Assembly (NCBI GenBank): GCA_008632985.1
Contig: QPGO01000072.1
Coordinates: forward strand, 1-64,000
From: Psammoneis japonica
Lineage: Eukaryota
Direction: 5' to 3'
DNA length: 64,000 nucleotides
Part shown: positions 35,731 to 48,000 of the stretch, one piece after another
How the letters are laid out: every line of letters starts with the position of its first letter
How positions within the stretch are numbered: position 1 is the first letter of the stretch
Notes under the pieces: model-generated
Database searches by the model: none
What the model was told of the DNA's origin: nothing
The model's input: the letters and a program-made list of their open reading frames with translations, nothing else
Position numbers and translations under genes: made by a program

Positions 35731-38700
35731 TTTTGGAACAGAAAGAGCACGCGCGCCTGGACGAGAGCAAGAAAGTGATAACGGTTGATGGCGAATCCAG
35801 TCCGGAATCCGCGACCAAGGAAGCTGAAGAGACAGATCAGGGAGGAAACGGCACTAAAGATGATGAGTCACGAACGGAGCCACAGTTGGGAACGAGAAGG
35901 AGAACGAGAATGAGAACATTCTTGACATTGGGCTTTGGTGAGGGAAAGAGTGAAAGAGTTGTGCGAGGAGATCAGCTCCTCGTTGTCTGAGACAGACCCA
36001 GCCATTGACTGAGCACTCGTCAGAGTGCACTGGATCTTTTCAAAGGGGTCTTGTGATTTCACAAATCCAAGCCCTGGAAGCAGAGGCAGTTGTTCCAACA
36101 CATGGTTGTTTCAGAAATGCCACAACCATGGGAGAGAAAACAGTGGTGGTTGGGCAGACCCACCCAACAACCCACCTGCAAGGATGGCACCAAAGCCGGG
36201 TGACGGGTGAAATGGTCAGCAGCTGGACCAAGCCATTCAAGAACAAGAGTGGATTCAAGAAAGGGCCACAAAAGAACCAGACTGCGTTTAAAGGATGTGT
36301 GAAGGAACTGTGTGACTTTGCACATGACAAGACAGGCAGCACACAGCACAGCAACAAGATCCTGAGGCCGCTGCAAAAATGACACAAGAAGATTGTGTGC
36401 GCCACATGGGCCAGCTTTTTGACCCAGGCAACTGTGTGAAAGTGACAACAGAGCAGCTGGAAGAGCTGACCTCAGCAGCAAAAGGACGCTCCACCAACCA
36501 AAGACTCAAGTGGAAATGTGTTAATCAAACACCAGCCAGGCCTGGGGGCAGAAGAAGAGATCAACGACCACATGAGCTGGGTGCTGTGGTTGCTTGAAGC
36601 ACTGCAGAAAACAAGTCAAATGCTCCACACAGGATGTCAAGCAGGTGCAATTTGCCAGAACAATCCTGAAAACAGCTTGCAGGTCAAGCAAAAGGCAATT
36701 CATGGTGCAATCTGCAACAAAGATGGGCCAGCAGCAAGAACTGCCTGATCATGGTGCAGGATGTGGCAGTGGCCAAGGATGTCTTCAGTCAAGACATGGG
36801 ATCCATCAAGGGCAAGACAGTGAACAAACAGTCTCCCTGAGTCAAGGCATTGACAGCTGACATGCCTGCCCCAGTTGCAGTGCAATGTTGTTGATCCATC
36901 ATGCTCTCCTGTCCTCCAACATGATGAAGATCAATGGGCTGCCAACTGCTGCTGAGACATTGGCATTGTGCCATTTGGCACAATCAAGTGCACATTCAAC
37001 CAGAAGATCAAAACACTGCTTCAAAGCACCAGTCAAACACAGAAGGCCTGCAAGACACATGGATTTGTTGCAACTGCACAGTGCATGTTAACAGCCAACT
37101 TGAGCAGATGCCCGAACAGCTGAGATGGGACACAACCTCAATGCCATTTCACTGGAAGAGCCTGCGGCAGAAATTGAGAGACATGCTTGTCCTGTCAAGA
37201 ACTGCATGTGCTTGCAATGCCCCATGCTGCAATTTTGAAACTTTCCATGCTGGCTGACCACCGAGGTGGCAAACTGGGCCATGTTTTGGCCAAACTGCTT
37301 CACGGCCAAAGAGGTGGCATCTCTGAGTGGTGACATCCACACACCCTTGCAACCAGCCTCCAAATTGTGCACAACAAACATTGCCCTCTTGAGTTTGGAG
37401 AACATGCAGCACAGACCCACAAAGCACACGACAATGCCACAGTGAGCCACACCATCAGTGCCACCGCCCTGCATGGCCAACTGGAAATGCCCAGGGGGAC
37501 ACTTCTCATGAGCCTTGAGACAGGGTGCTGCATCAACCACAATCACAATGCATGGACTGTGCTCCCAATGCCCAACACCATGATTAACCAGGTGCGTGGC
37601 ATTTTGCAAAATGTGACAAGGCCTCCAAAGGCATTGGTTTGTCCATGGTTGGAGCAGGAATCCTGTTGCCAACAAAATTTCTGAAAGCTCTCAAAAAGAT
37701 GAAATGGCTGACATTGATGACAGGAATGACAGCAGCTGTGAGCCTGACAACAGCTCCCTGTTTGAGTTTGTGGGTCAGACATTGATGATGCCACCCCACC
37801 ACTGAACAACTTCAACACAATGCCAAGACCCTGGATGAACCAGCACAACAAATGCATCACAAAATGGTCTTCATGCAGGGGCAAATGCTGGACCGAACAA
37901 AGATCCTCAAACTGCAGGAGTGGACAGGGAACCACTGGAAACCAAGGAGAGGACCAAGACACTGCCAAAGCTGCCAAAGCTGCAGAAGTGGAGCAGGAGC
38001 CAACCAACAATCATGGTCAAAGAACAATGGACAATGCCAGGGACCAAGCAACAGCTGATGCCAGTGCCAATGCTGAGCCAGACAACCAAGCAAGATCTCA
38101 AACCAAAAAGGAACATGCACAAGAAATGCAGTGAATTGACTGGAGTGTGTGACCTGCACCAACAAAAGCCCAGGTCACATGACCACCTGCACCTTGCCAT
38201 GCTCAATGATGTTGACTGCACCCAATGCCCCATGAAAAAAGGGCACAAAAAAAAACTGGCACAAAGGGTGAACAGGCAGTGATGGAAGAAGTGGAGGAAC
38301 AGCTTTTGAAGTGATGGAGATCCTCAAGCCAATCAGCATCAACATGCCAACTGGGCACAACAACAAAAGAAGAAAGCACTGCAATGCTCATGTTCCTCAA
38401 ACAAAAACAATGTGACCATGTCTCAAGGGATGTGGTGCAATGATGGTTGACCTCAGAAGATCCGCGCAGCAAAAGAGGACATGTCATTGCCTGCTGCATG
38501 CATGGAATCCATTCTGCTGTCATGTGTCATCATCACAAAGAAAGGACAAGCAAGATGTTGCAAGCACAAACCTTTCTCATTTCTCAATGCAAACAGATGA
38601 GAAATGTGCAAAGTGCATGGCACATGAGACAAGTGGCAAAACAATGCCACATGTCAAACTGCTGAAGGTGCTCTGTGGAATGGCTGTGGTGCACTGCTGG

Positions 38701-40122
38701 TGTGTGGAAGGAGGAGCTGGCGGGGATCTCAAAAGTTGGGGAGTCAAAGTGAGCCCATGCAACATGTGCATGGCAAACAAGACCATCAATGGAGAGTGAG
38801 CAACACACCATCTTTTGGCACATGGGCCCATGGATGACTTGAAAACATTGCATGTGAAATGCAAGGTGGTTGCTTGATCAAATCATCAAGAAGTGACCAG
38901 AGAAGGTGCGCGCAAAACATTTTGGGTCAATGATTGCTTGGGGGACCTTCACAAGCACCTTGGGATGACTGTCAACTGCAGCTTTAAAGGGAAGGTCAAG
39001 CAGAGCATGTTTCACCAGCACATTGACAAGCTTGCTGACTTGCTGCCAAAGGACATGGACAGGAAAAGCCCAGCTCCAGTGGCAGCCAAGCTGCCTCCTG
39101 TTTGACACAAATGAGAAGGATCTGGGATGTCAAACACAAGAGGAACAAAAAATCTTCCATTCTGTGGTGACAAAGTCACTTTTCTTGTTGCTTCAAATGA
39201 CAAGGCTGGACATGCAGATGGTGGCATCCTTCCTGTGTGCCCAGGCTCAGGACACTGGGGCTGATGACAAAACATCATGATCTGCGATTGACCAAGGGCC
39301 TGCCACTCACACTGATTGCAGATGAGCTGGACATGACAACCAAGCATGTGCTGGTGGATTGGCACTTTTTGCACAGCCCACCCCAGCATGCAACACATTT
39401 AGCTTGACCAAGAGTGAGCTTGTTGTGTTGGGGTCCATGATGGCGCACGTCAAGAACTCTGCCATCATGGAGAGAAGGAATTTTGTGGAGGGTCAGGTGT
39501 TCAAAAGCTGGGAGAACAAGCTCTGCCAGCAGGACAATCAGTGCCATTCTGTTGGAGAAGAATGATCAGATGCTCAGCAGCACAAAAGGATCAAACACAT
39601 CAGAGTGCAGCATTTTTTCTTGACCGACCACATCAGATGCTCAGCAGCACAAAAGGATCAAACACATCAGAGTCGTGCAGCATTTTTCTTGACTGACCAT
39701 GCTCTGAAGGGTGGCGACCTGACCGCTGGACATTGTCCAACCGAGATTGGCTTGCAGGCTACTTCACAAAGGCACTTCAAGGACTCCTGTTCATCAAGTT
39801 TTAAAACCAAATCATGAATGTGGCGGGAAACACCCCAATTGATGACCTCAGCCATTGCAGGAGAGTGTGTTGGAGCAGAAGAGTGTGCACCTGGAGAGCA
39901 AGAAAGTGATGGGTCCACAACTGAGGAAGCTGAAGAGACAGATCAGGGAGGAAATGACAATGAAGATGACATGATGAATGGAACTGCAACTGGAAATGAG
40001 AAGAAGGAGATGAAAGTGAGAATGTTCTTGCATGTTGGCAAGGGGAAAGAGTTGAGTGACATTGGCTCATTCCAAGATGATTGTTGGTTCTAACAGCCAT
40101 CAGAACCCGCTGGATCTTTTCA
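35731..40122 (+). mobile_element. Old, heavily degenerate Ty1/Copia (CoDi-like) LTR retrotransposon
   Basis: Diverged LTRs ~35731-36042 and 39868-40122, both ending TGGATCTTTTCA. PPT-like GCAGGAGAG before the 3' LTR. Remnants of integrase (AEIERH; KHCPLEFGEH...WTVLPMP), RT (VKLLKVLCG, PCNMCMANKTING, MDDLK, KHLGMT) and RNase H (KHIRVQHFFLTD, HCPTE). No TSD found. Confidence 0.88.
39564..39700 (+). repeat. ~67-bp tandem duplication inside the RNase H remnant
   Basis: atcagatgctcagcagcacaaaaggatcaaacacatcagagt...gcagcatttttt occurs twice in succession. Confidence 0.85.
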
Positions 40123-40446
40123 TTGTTTTTTATTTTATAAATCCATGCCCCAGAAGTAGAGACAGCAGTTGTTCAACAAAAACAGTGATGGAATTGATGA
40201 GTCATTTCCTTCAGAACCTGGCATGATGTACGGAAGAGGAAATAAGAGAGCGAGAGTTCGTGCATTCAGACGTTTTTTTGAGTTTTATCCTCGCACCCGT
40301 TATGGGCGGCGTAGTTTGCCTGATTGCTGCCATCTATATCAATGTTCAAGTCGGGTAGTTCACCTCAGTACCAACGTGATTCAACAGGCTCATTCAACAC
40401 AAGAGGAAAGATATATGGATCTTGTGTTGGCAATCTAGAATATAAG

Positions 40447-41509
40447 TTAGCTGACTCGGAGGCTATCTAACTTTTCGTCCAATTCATCTTCTCGGACAAA
40501 GACAAGCACATGCGCACCAGTGTCTTCAAAAATATCTTGCCGCAAGCCATTCTCTGGCGGAACCACGGCAACAATTGCTTTCTCGTCGGCAAAATAGACT
40601 TGTAATCTGACTTTGCGAATGTTGTCTTCTGTTCCGGCGAGAATTTCCTTGCCAGCGCCGTCTACCATGCTGTCCATTGTAATGAGCCATGATGTTGCTG
40701 GGTCTCCGGGGGCCACAGAGCAGTCACCTTGGAGGGTGTTTCGAACATTTGGGAACGGTCCCAGAACGCGAATGACCTCCAACAACTCCATTCGGTTTCG
40801 TCCTTGCAGAGTCATGAAGACCTCCTGCAGTCGGGCCAGCGGTACTTTGTGCAAACCGGTTCCAATATGACAAACGGCATCGTCACTCCCTACCCATGCA
40901 AGTCGATAATCGTGACTACGAGCTCCCGCAGAAAGCGTTCTCAATTGTTTCCTTTCAGCTTGACGAGATCCCGAACGCAATTCAAAATGTCATCGATTGT
41001 AGCGCCCGATTTTTCTTCCACTAGGCTCTCGAGCTTTTCTACAGTACTGTCGATTAATTCATCTCGCTCCTGCTCTTCTGCCTTGCGCACAGACTGCTTT
41101 GCTCGTCGTTGGCTCTTTGATTTTTTCTTACTCTTGGGGCTTTCAAATGTAGCGTATGTAGGAGAAGAGTCAACGTCAACTTTAACTTCCTTGTCTTCTT
41201 TTGCAGTGTCTGAAGCCGATTGATCAGCAGGTGCTTCCTCCATTGCATTCGAAGCCCATTCTGCGAGGGACGGTGAAATACCATCGGCAGGAGTATTCTT
41301 GCTTCGAGAAGACGCCTTCTTTTTCTTCTTTGACGAACGCGTAGAGCTCGAAACATTTCACCCGGAGTCACGATTTCTCCAAGTTTCCCTCTCCTAGATT
41401 TACCCCATAGCCGAGTTTCACATTTTGAATTTGAAAGAACTAGAAATCCGTGGCAATTTGTCAACAACGCCAAACCAACCAAGAAAACCGTTGTTGTCGA
41501 GTTTATCAT
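40447..41509 (-). CDS. Probable plastid-targeted hypothetical protein with two apparent 1-bp deletions
   Basis: Signal peptide plus CHGF. Three overlapping ORFs merge if one A is added at gaaat (~41355) and at ggaaac (~40948). Confidence 0.65.
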
Positions 41510-42062
41510 TTTGTCAATCGCGAGTAGAGAGGGATTGACGAAAGCGAATAAAGTTTACAGTTGTCACCGTTCACCTTGAAATACCACCAATTCTGTTGAC
41601 TTACTCGTAGCTATCGACAGGGTCACCTCGATCTCCTCAAGAGATTCAAAAGAAGCGCCGAGTAAGTCGATGATGGAGGAAAGGATCTCAAGACACCACG
41701 CAAGTCAATGATGTGGACCAAAGAAAAAGCGCGCGAAAAGTCGTCGGGAAAGATTTGGTCTGGTCACGTACGTATGCGTACGTAAGTCAACTGCCTACGT
41801 GGCTTTCTGTACCAGACTCACGTACAAATTTTGAAAATTTGCTTTCAGTCGGATCAATCATGTGATCATGTCACCAAGGATACAGGCCATGTACAATTCT
41901 ACTTTGAATAGGAGGATATGATTGTATTCGTGTGCAAATGAGATAATAAATTTTCGCGTACGTGGTGAAGTGTGGATGAGAATGCAGCTTGTCAAAACGC
42001 ACATGAGGGCATCCTATCTTCAAGAGACGTCGTCTATTCACACCTAAAAGTTGGGAAGCAAC

Positions 42063-43637
42063 ATGATTTCCAGTGTGAAAAAGGCTCTAGTAGTTGTGGC
42101 CTTGGCCGCCACTGTTTCTTCGTCGGCCAGTGCCTTCATCCCAAGTGCAGCGTCGGTGAAGAACGTTGCTGCGTTCAACAATGGGGGTCGGCAGTTGCCT
42201 GTTGCCACCAAGTGAGTGATTTTCGACCCTTGATGTCACATACATTTTTTCTCGCATGGCTTAGTTTGTGTATGGTTCTAGGGGTTTAGATATTGTTGCT
42301 AGTCGGTTCCTCATGATTTTCAAACGAAGCAAGTAGAATTGAAGCAGTGATGCCGCAGACAATCTTTTTGAATCAGTGAGATTCGCTGGCGTCTTTGTGA
42401 TGGAAGCCGAGAATCTCACATAGTTGCAAAACAGCCATATCTGCTAGACCCATCTTTTCGTCGTTCTATGTATGCCACCAGCGAATGTATTTCTCACTGA
42501 TTGCCTGCTTGTCCATTTCCTGTCTCAGGGGGTTGAAACCAGATACAGCTCTTGCCTTGTCTACAGCGGGCGGAGCCAAGGTTCAGGAAGAGCCAGAAGA
42601 AAAGGGCGGGATTCTCGAAACGCTTCAAATCGGTTCATACTTTGCCCTTTGGTACTTGTTTAACATTGGATACAATATCTACAACAAGCAGGCCTTGAAT
42701 ATCCTCGACTATCCTTGGACAATTGCGTTTCTTCAGATGGCGACGGGAATCGCATACTTTGTTCCTCTGTGGCTCACTGGAGCGCGCAAGGCCCCAAAAC
42801 TCTCTACCGATGACCTCAAGACACTTTTCCCCATTGCACTTTGCCACACTGGAGTGCACGTTGGTGCTGTTATCGCTCTTGGTGCCGGCGCAGTTTCCTT
42901 CGCTCACATTGTTAAGGCTTCCGAGCCCGTTGTCACCTGCGGTCTCAACGCGTTGCTCCTTGGCGAAGTTCTTCCAGTCCCAGTATACTTGACTCTTCTT
43001 CCAATTATTGGTGGTGTTGCTATTGCCTCCATGAAAGAACTCTCATTCACAATCCTCGCCCTCGCTTCCGCGATGCTCTCCAACGTCTCCTCCGCCGCCC
43101 GTGGTGTTCTTTCCAAGAAGACCATGTCCGGAAAGAAGATTGGCGAGAATCTTGATGCCCAGAACCTCTACGCCGTGCTAACTGCCATGTCAACAGCTAT
43201 TCTTCTTCCGTTGATGCTTGCGCTCGAGGGAACGGGTATGTTCAAGGCGTTTGGCGAGCTTGTGAACGCTGGGGCACACACCAAGAAGGGTCTCAGTATC
43301 CTCCTTGCTCTAGGAGGTGCCACTTATTATGCATACAATGAGGTTGCATTCCTGGCGCTTGGAAAGGTGAGCATGATGGACGTTAATGCACGGCGCCTAT
43401 AGATTTCAATCTTGCCAGCCTCAATCTGTCACACTCTTGTGCGTCCTTCTTTTTCAACAGGTCAACCCGGTTACCCACGCTGTCGGAAACACCATCAAGC
43501 GCGTCGTCATTATTGTTGCCTCAGTCATTGCATTCAAGACCCCCATGAGCACTGGTTCCATTATTGGATCCTCCATTGCTATTGCCGGTACACTTTTGTA
43601 CTCTCTTGCTATGAACGCTTCAAAGGAGAAGAAATAA
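42063..43637 (+). CDS. TPT: Plastid triose-phosphate/phosphate translocator family protein (exons 42063..42211, 42529..43366, 43461..43637)
   Basis: Exon 1 MISSVKKALVVVALAATVSSSASAFIP (ASAF motif) splices in frame; WYLFNIGYNIYNK, SFAHIVKASEP and THAVGNTIKRV. Confidence 0.93.
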
Positions 43638-45042
43638 GAAGCTAGAATACCCCCCAAGTGTTGCGCGGAATATTGTGGAACATTTTTTTCGTGTTGTAGA
43701 CCATGCTGCATAATAGTAGGCCTCTGTAGTAAAGAATGCAACTGGGTGTTAATCTATAAAACTAAGAAGAGGACAGGTTACAGGAAGAATAATCTAGATC
43801 TGTTTTCTCTGTTTGTTGTGGCTGTTGGAGTTGCATAGATATCCTTAGGTGTAACTTTGCATATTGCTATTCATGCGTTTTCAACTACAGCTTTCTGCCC
43901 CGAGTGCTAGCTGCTGACGGTAGGCGTCATTAATCATCACTGATACCCAGTCCTCGCCGGCAGCACCCCCCAGAGCGCGGGATCACAACGAGTCTTCCGG
44001 TGGCGTATAAAACGTGAACGGTGTGGTTCTATCTTGGACTAAGAAACAGCAAGTCTCCAGAGAACAATGTGGCTGCATGAATTCAGTCGCATCATAGGAC
44101 TATCTGTTGACACCAATGGCTTTGTGCGTTGGTCGTAGGTTGGAGTAAGCATGCAAGAAAAAGGAATCTGCTTTCATGATTCATGATTGCGTTGACTCGT
44201 CTTGCCTCGTGGTTTGAGTTTCATCCCCACCAGCCTTCCTAGAGTGGTGTCCTGGGTCCCACATGGTCATTTGGGCGGAGAGGAACCATTTCGAGTCGTA
44301 TTTTGTTCAGTATAAGGCTGGTCCTTATCCCTTATCCAGGACCCAAAAACGAAACTCGATCATGCTTTCTCCGACCCTCGCACTTTGATCAGTTCTCCAT
44401 GACTCAAACTGATTCTTCAATCATGTGGTTGGCTTTCCGTTGGAGGTGCGGGACCGATCAACATTATGTGTTTCCAACTCCACGGTTGTGTGCAAGCCAA
44501 TATGGTATTTACCGGTAAGTCGTGAGGGGGTTCCAACTCCCTTTCTTTTGCTCAAAAGTCAAAAATGCTGATCGATCTCAGCCAATTTGCGGAATTAATT
44601 CCGCCCAAAATTTCAAAATTATATGTGTCACAGTATGACCAGATACTTTTTTAAATGATCATTGCAAAATTATTCGTTTCATAATACACAATGAATATCT
44701 AAGGGCTCATATAAATCTCTATACACCCGACTAAAAATCTTTTGAAATCTTATCAACGTTAATCCTAAACGGTGAAAACATGCGTTGGGTTAACTCGTAC
44801 TTGGCTGACCTGCTCTTAATATTTTTATTAAAGGGTTGAGGTCTGAAAATGATAGGCGCCACCAAGAAACGAACATCTATAGGAGTCGCACAATTACTTA
44901 ACGATCCATGATTCAATTCAAACGACCAAAAAACCAACCAGGTTTGCCCGGAGATGATGGATGCGCTCATTTTCTTTGCACACACAACGCGACAAAAGAG
45001 GTGCAGAGCATCACATACATCATCAAAAGCCCCATCACCACC

Positions 45043-48000
45043 ATGACAGCATGGAAGCTTGCATTGTCCGTCGGCCTTGGCCTGACAATGCTTCTTACAG
45101 TCCATAAGGGACTTGTCCGTATGGAGGCAAACAGTCTCACATCCATGGGAAACGCGACAGTCACTTCGACTTCTTCGCTTCGCAGCAGTCCTGCTTTTTC
45201 GAAACGAAAAGCGACGACTGACGAAGAATCTCAAGTACAACCGCAAGTTCTACGAAACGCTCTCGAGGTTGAATCACCCACGATTGCTCCCTCCAGACTA
45301 GTTCCCGACTGTGATACGCCGAGACCTAAAGTAATCTCATACTTCTTCCCTACCTCGTATCCCACGGTTGGCGATGCGGAAGATGATACAGAGCAACCGA
45401 CCTCATTACCGACAGTGGCCACAAACAGTCCTACGCTTGCTCCTACACCGGCTCCGTCGATGACGCCAGCCACCGATAGCCCTACACCGGCTCCTACCCC
45501 GAGTCCGACTCCAGCGCCAACTCCATCACCAACACCAGCTCCTACCCCGAGTCCAACGCCAGAACCAACGCCGTCACTTACATCTGCTCCGACTCCAGCG
45601 CTGACACCATCACCGACGCCTACTCCTACCCCGAGTCCGACTCAAGCGCCTACACCTGCGCCAACACCGTCACCGAGTCCGTCTCCGACCACTAGTCCAA
45701 CAACAGTACAGACGCCTGTTCCAACACCTGCTCCGACTCCAGCACTGACACCATCACCAACGCCTAATCCTACCCCTAGCCCGACTCCAGCGCCTACAAT
45801 GGCACCAACACCGTCACCGACACCAGGACCGACGCCGTCACTTACATCTGCTCCGACTCCAGCGCTGACACCATCACCGACGCCTACTCCTACCCCGAGT
45901 CCGACTCAAGCGCCTACACCTGCGCCAACACCGTCACCTACTCCAGCACCGAGTCCGTCTCCGACCCCGAGCCCAACACCTGCGACAACTCCGAGTCCAA
46001 CACCTTTACCTACAATGATCCCGACGACTCCCCCCTCAAACGCAGCAGACCCAGCTCCACCGAAATTGACCGACACTCCTTCTGTCTCCTCCTCTGGATC
46101 GCCCGCTCCTAGTGATTGTGGCACTCCTACAGAAATGACAGGCTCGCCAACTACTGCTCCTACTCTTGCAGCAGATTTGGCACCAAAAGTCACCGACGCG
46201 CCTACGAGTAGCCCGACAATGGCGGCATCGACCGTTGAACCTACTCGATCACCAACTGCTATGCCAGTTTCCAATAGTCCAACATCAAATCCCACTGATG
46301 TACCGGACCAGACAGAGTCTCCCACAAGTGAGGCAACTCCGTCGCCATCGGTTTCCGAAAGCTCTCTTCCGTCGGCAGCGCCCTCGTTTCATCCTGATCC
46401 CGATCCAATTGATACCCCCGCTCCATCCGTCGCCCCTGGAACGGCAGCTCCGAGCGATTGTGGTACTATGACGGGCTCGCCAACTACTGCTCCTACCCTT
46501 GCAGCAGATTTAGCCCCGCCAACCGACACTGTGGCGCCCACAAATGAGCCATCTTCATCTCCATCAGTTTCCGAATCTTCTCTTCCATCGGCAGCGCCCT
46601 CATTTCACCCTGATCCGATCGATACGCCCGCTCCTTCAGTCTCAGTAGGAACGCCGGCTCCCAGTGGGGATTGTGGCACTCCTACAGCAATGACAGGCTC
46701 GCCAACTACTGCTCCTACCCTTGCAGCAGATTTGGCCCCGCCCCAAGACACTGACGCACCCACAAATGAGCCATCTTCATCTCCATCAGTTTCCAAAACT
46801 TCTTTTCCATCGGCAGCGCCCTCGCTTCACTCTGGTCCCGATCCGATTGATACGCCCGCTCCATCCGTTGCCCCCGGAACAGCATCTCCGAGCGATTGTG
46901 GTACTATGACGGGCTCGCCAACTACTGCTCCTACCCTTGCAGCAGATTTAGCCCCGCCAACCGACACTGTAGCGCCCACAAATGAGCCATCTTTATCTCC
47001 ATCAGTTTCCAAATCTTCTCTTCCATCGGCAGCGCCCTCGATTCACCATAATCCCGATCCGATTGATACGCCGGCTCCTTCAGTCTCAGCAGGTACGCCT
47101 GCTCCTAGTGGAGATTGTGGCACTCCTACAGCAATGACAGGCTCGCCAACTACTGCTCCTACCCTTGCAGCAGATTTGGCCCCGCCCCAAGAAACGGAAA
47201 GGCCCACAAATGAGCCATCTTTATCTCCATCAGTTTCCGAAACGTCTCTTCCATCGGCAGCGCCCTCTGTTCACCCTGGTCCCGATCCGATTGATACGCC
47301 CGCTCCTTCAGTCTCAGCAGGAACACCGGCTCCTAGTGGAGATTGTGGCACTCCTACAGCAATGACTGGTTCTCCAACCACTGCTCCTACACTTGCAGCA
47401 GATTTAGCCCCGCCCAAAGACACTGAAGCGCCCACAAATGAGCCATCTTCATCGCCATCAGCTTCCGAATCTTCTCTTCCATCGGCAGCGCCCTCTCTTC
47501 ACTCTGGTCCCGATCCAATTGATACGCCGGCTCCTAGTGGAGATTGTGGCACTCCTACAGCAATGACTGGTTCTCCAACCACTGCTCCTACACTTGCAGC
47601 AGATTTAGCCCCGCCCAAAGACACTGAAGCACCCACAAATGAGCCATCTTCATCGCCATCAGCTTCCGAATCTTCTCTTCCATCGGCAGCGCCCTCTCTT
47701 CACTCTGGTCCCGATCCAATTGATACGCCGGCTCCTAGTGGGGATTGTGGCTCTCCTACAGCAATGACAGGCTCGCCAACTACTGCTCCTACCCTTGCAG
47801 CAGATTTATCCCCGCCCAAAGACACGGAAGCGCCCACAAATGAGCCATCTTCATCGCCATCAGCTTCCGAATCTTCTCTTCCATCGGCAGCGCCCTCGCT
47901 TCACTCTGGTCCTGATCCAATTGATACGCCGGCTCCTAGTGGGGATTGTGGCACTCCTACAGCAATGACAGGCTCGCCAACTACTGCTCCTACCCTTGCA

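Noticed and set aside
36005..40100. Many short Cys/His/Gln-rich ORFs
   Set aside because: Fragments and shadows of the degenerate Copia pol.
44560..44900. AT-rich intergenic tracts (also ~25260-25620 and ~59090-59300) as MITEs
   Set aside because: No convincing TIRs or TSDs found by eye.
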